A DNA stretch of 64,000 bases from Camelus dromedarius (lineage: Eukaryota), in assembly GCF_036321535.1 (NCBI RefSeq), contig NC_087436.1:74154001-74218000 (forward strand), written 5' to 3'. Shown here in pieces: positions 62,641 to 64,000 of this stretch. The translations under genes and the position numbers were made by a program. The notes beneath the pieces are model-generated. The model was not told the origin of the DNA. It was given only the letters and a program-made list of their open reading frames with translations, and made no database searches. Each line of letters opens with the position of its first letter. Positions within the stretch are counted from its first letter, which is position 1.

Positions 62641-64000
62641 GTACTATCTAGACACTAAGGCAGTTTTGTAGCTCGTGCAAAGCACACAGAGCCCATGACC
62701 CATCAGCATGCTTCTGCAAGGAAAATCATGGCCCTCAACATGACGCATACTCCATTGTCCCTGTTTTAATATCCTCCTTAGGAACCATGGAGAAGATTTC
62801 CTCTCTGGCCTAAGTTTTATATAATTTAAGACCCAACAGCAAATGGCCTAAGAGGTTTCCAGGTCCAGGTCAACACCCCTTCCCCACAAAGGACCATCCT
62901 CATCCTGCCTGGCCTCAGTGGTTTCTCTCTGGTCTGAACACACACTGAATTTCCTGTTTCTAATTCATGTTTGCCACTTGGGTATGCCACCTTGCTATGC
63001 TAGTTGTCTTCCTTTTCTATAGGCTTTCATTTCAACTAGATTACAAGGGAGTGAAAATCAAATGTTTTTGTATCTTCTGAGCCCAGGACAGAGGAGGTTC
63101 TCTGTCTGTCTGTCTGTCTGTCTCTCTCTATATATACATATAAACCAGTACATATAGAAAGAAATTAATATTTCCATTGGGTGTTGCTAGCCATTGTAGG
63201 GGAGGGTTATTGCCTAGTGGACTTTGGAGTTAAACTGAGTCTGAATTCCCCACAGTGAATATTGGACTTCGGGCAAGTGAGTTCACACTCCTCCTTTGTA
63301 AAATGGGTACAATGCTAACTGATCTCTCAAGATTATTATTTGTATGAAGTTGATTAACTGAAAACTAATTAGCACTTGGGGAACATGTCCAACTGGAAGT
63401 TCTAGTTATACTGATGGCAATTAATAAGACTTAGGGGACTGCTCCACAGTATCCTGACCACCATGTAATTAATTCCTACACTTCAACTGTAGGAAGTAGA
63501 AACCAGAATGGAGTAGACACTTTAAGTCGGCTATTTTATTAAGCTGATTGAATGTTTGTAGAAAACCAACCTATAACAGAAACCAGCCTCTCCCTGCTGG
63601 CTCATGGTCATTTAATGAATAACCCACCACTATGAAATAAGGAGGGAGAGGCTGGCCGGGAGGCAGGGTGCAAACAGTTCCGTATACGTCGCTGGGTTGT
63701 CACTGTTCCCCTACATTCATCTCCCTCCTCACTGCACCATTTTTGAGTGATTGATGTTAGTTTGAGCAAGGATTCCAGACAGGGAAAAGCAAATATGTAA
63801 GTCAGAGGTCAGGGGAGAAGAACAGGCCAGCGGGGGAGGAAGACAGACCGAGCTGATAATTGAAAGATCATGAACGTGGGGGTGGGTTACAGCAGCATAG
63901 CAACAGGGGGAGCTGGACACCCCGGGCTCTCTCAGGCATCTGCCCAAAGCCCAGGGTTACAATTCATCTTAAAAGGTCTACAGAACATGGACTTCTAACT

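Noticed and set aside
1..64000. Prokaryote-type systems (CRISPR, operons, defence islands) and a named host gene
   Set aside because: The DNA is mammalian and repeat-dominated, with no spacer array; the candidate exons are too short for me to assign a gene symbol.

Overview
Mammalian, repeat-rich, almost entirely non-coding DNA that looks intronic or intergenic. It is probably from a camelid, because four tRNA-derived SINEs resemble Vic-1; that assignment is from memory and was not searched. I could not identify a host protein-coding gene. The only recognisable protein-coding sequence is LINE-1 ORF1/ORF2, all of it disrupted. There are no true RNA genes and no CRISPR array. The main feature is a young 8.4-kb minus-strand L1 (53449-61846) with a perfect 17-bp target-site duplication (TSD). 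It carries two 5' ends in tandem: a second, diverged 5'UTR plus ORF1 start is fused by microhomology onto a complete L1. Other unusual retrotransposition products are a twin-primed inverted L1 with a ~2-kb gap, an internally primed L1 with no poly(A), and two non-L1 tailed inserts inside old L1s. Also present are an old local duplication, an unusually CpG-rich L2 relic, a strong CTCF motif and several unproven + strand exon candidates (11.2-12.4 kb and a 24-nt microexon at 49.2 kb). Repeat boundaries and subfamily names were judged by eye and are approximate.
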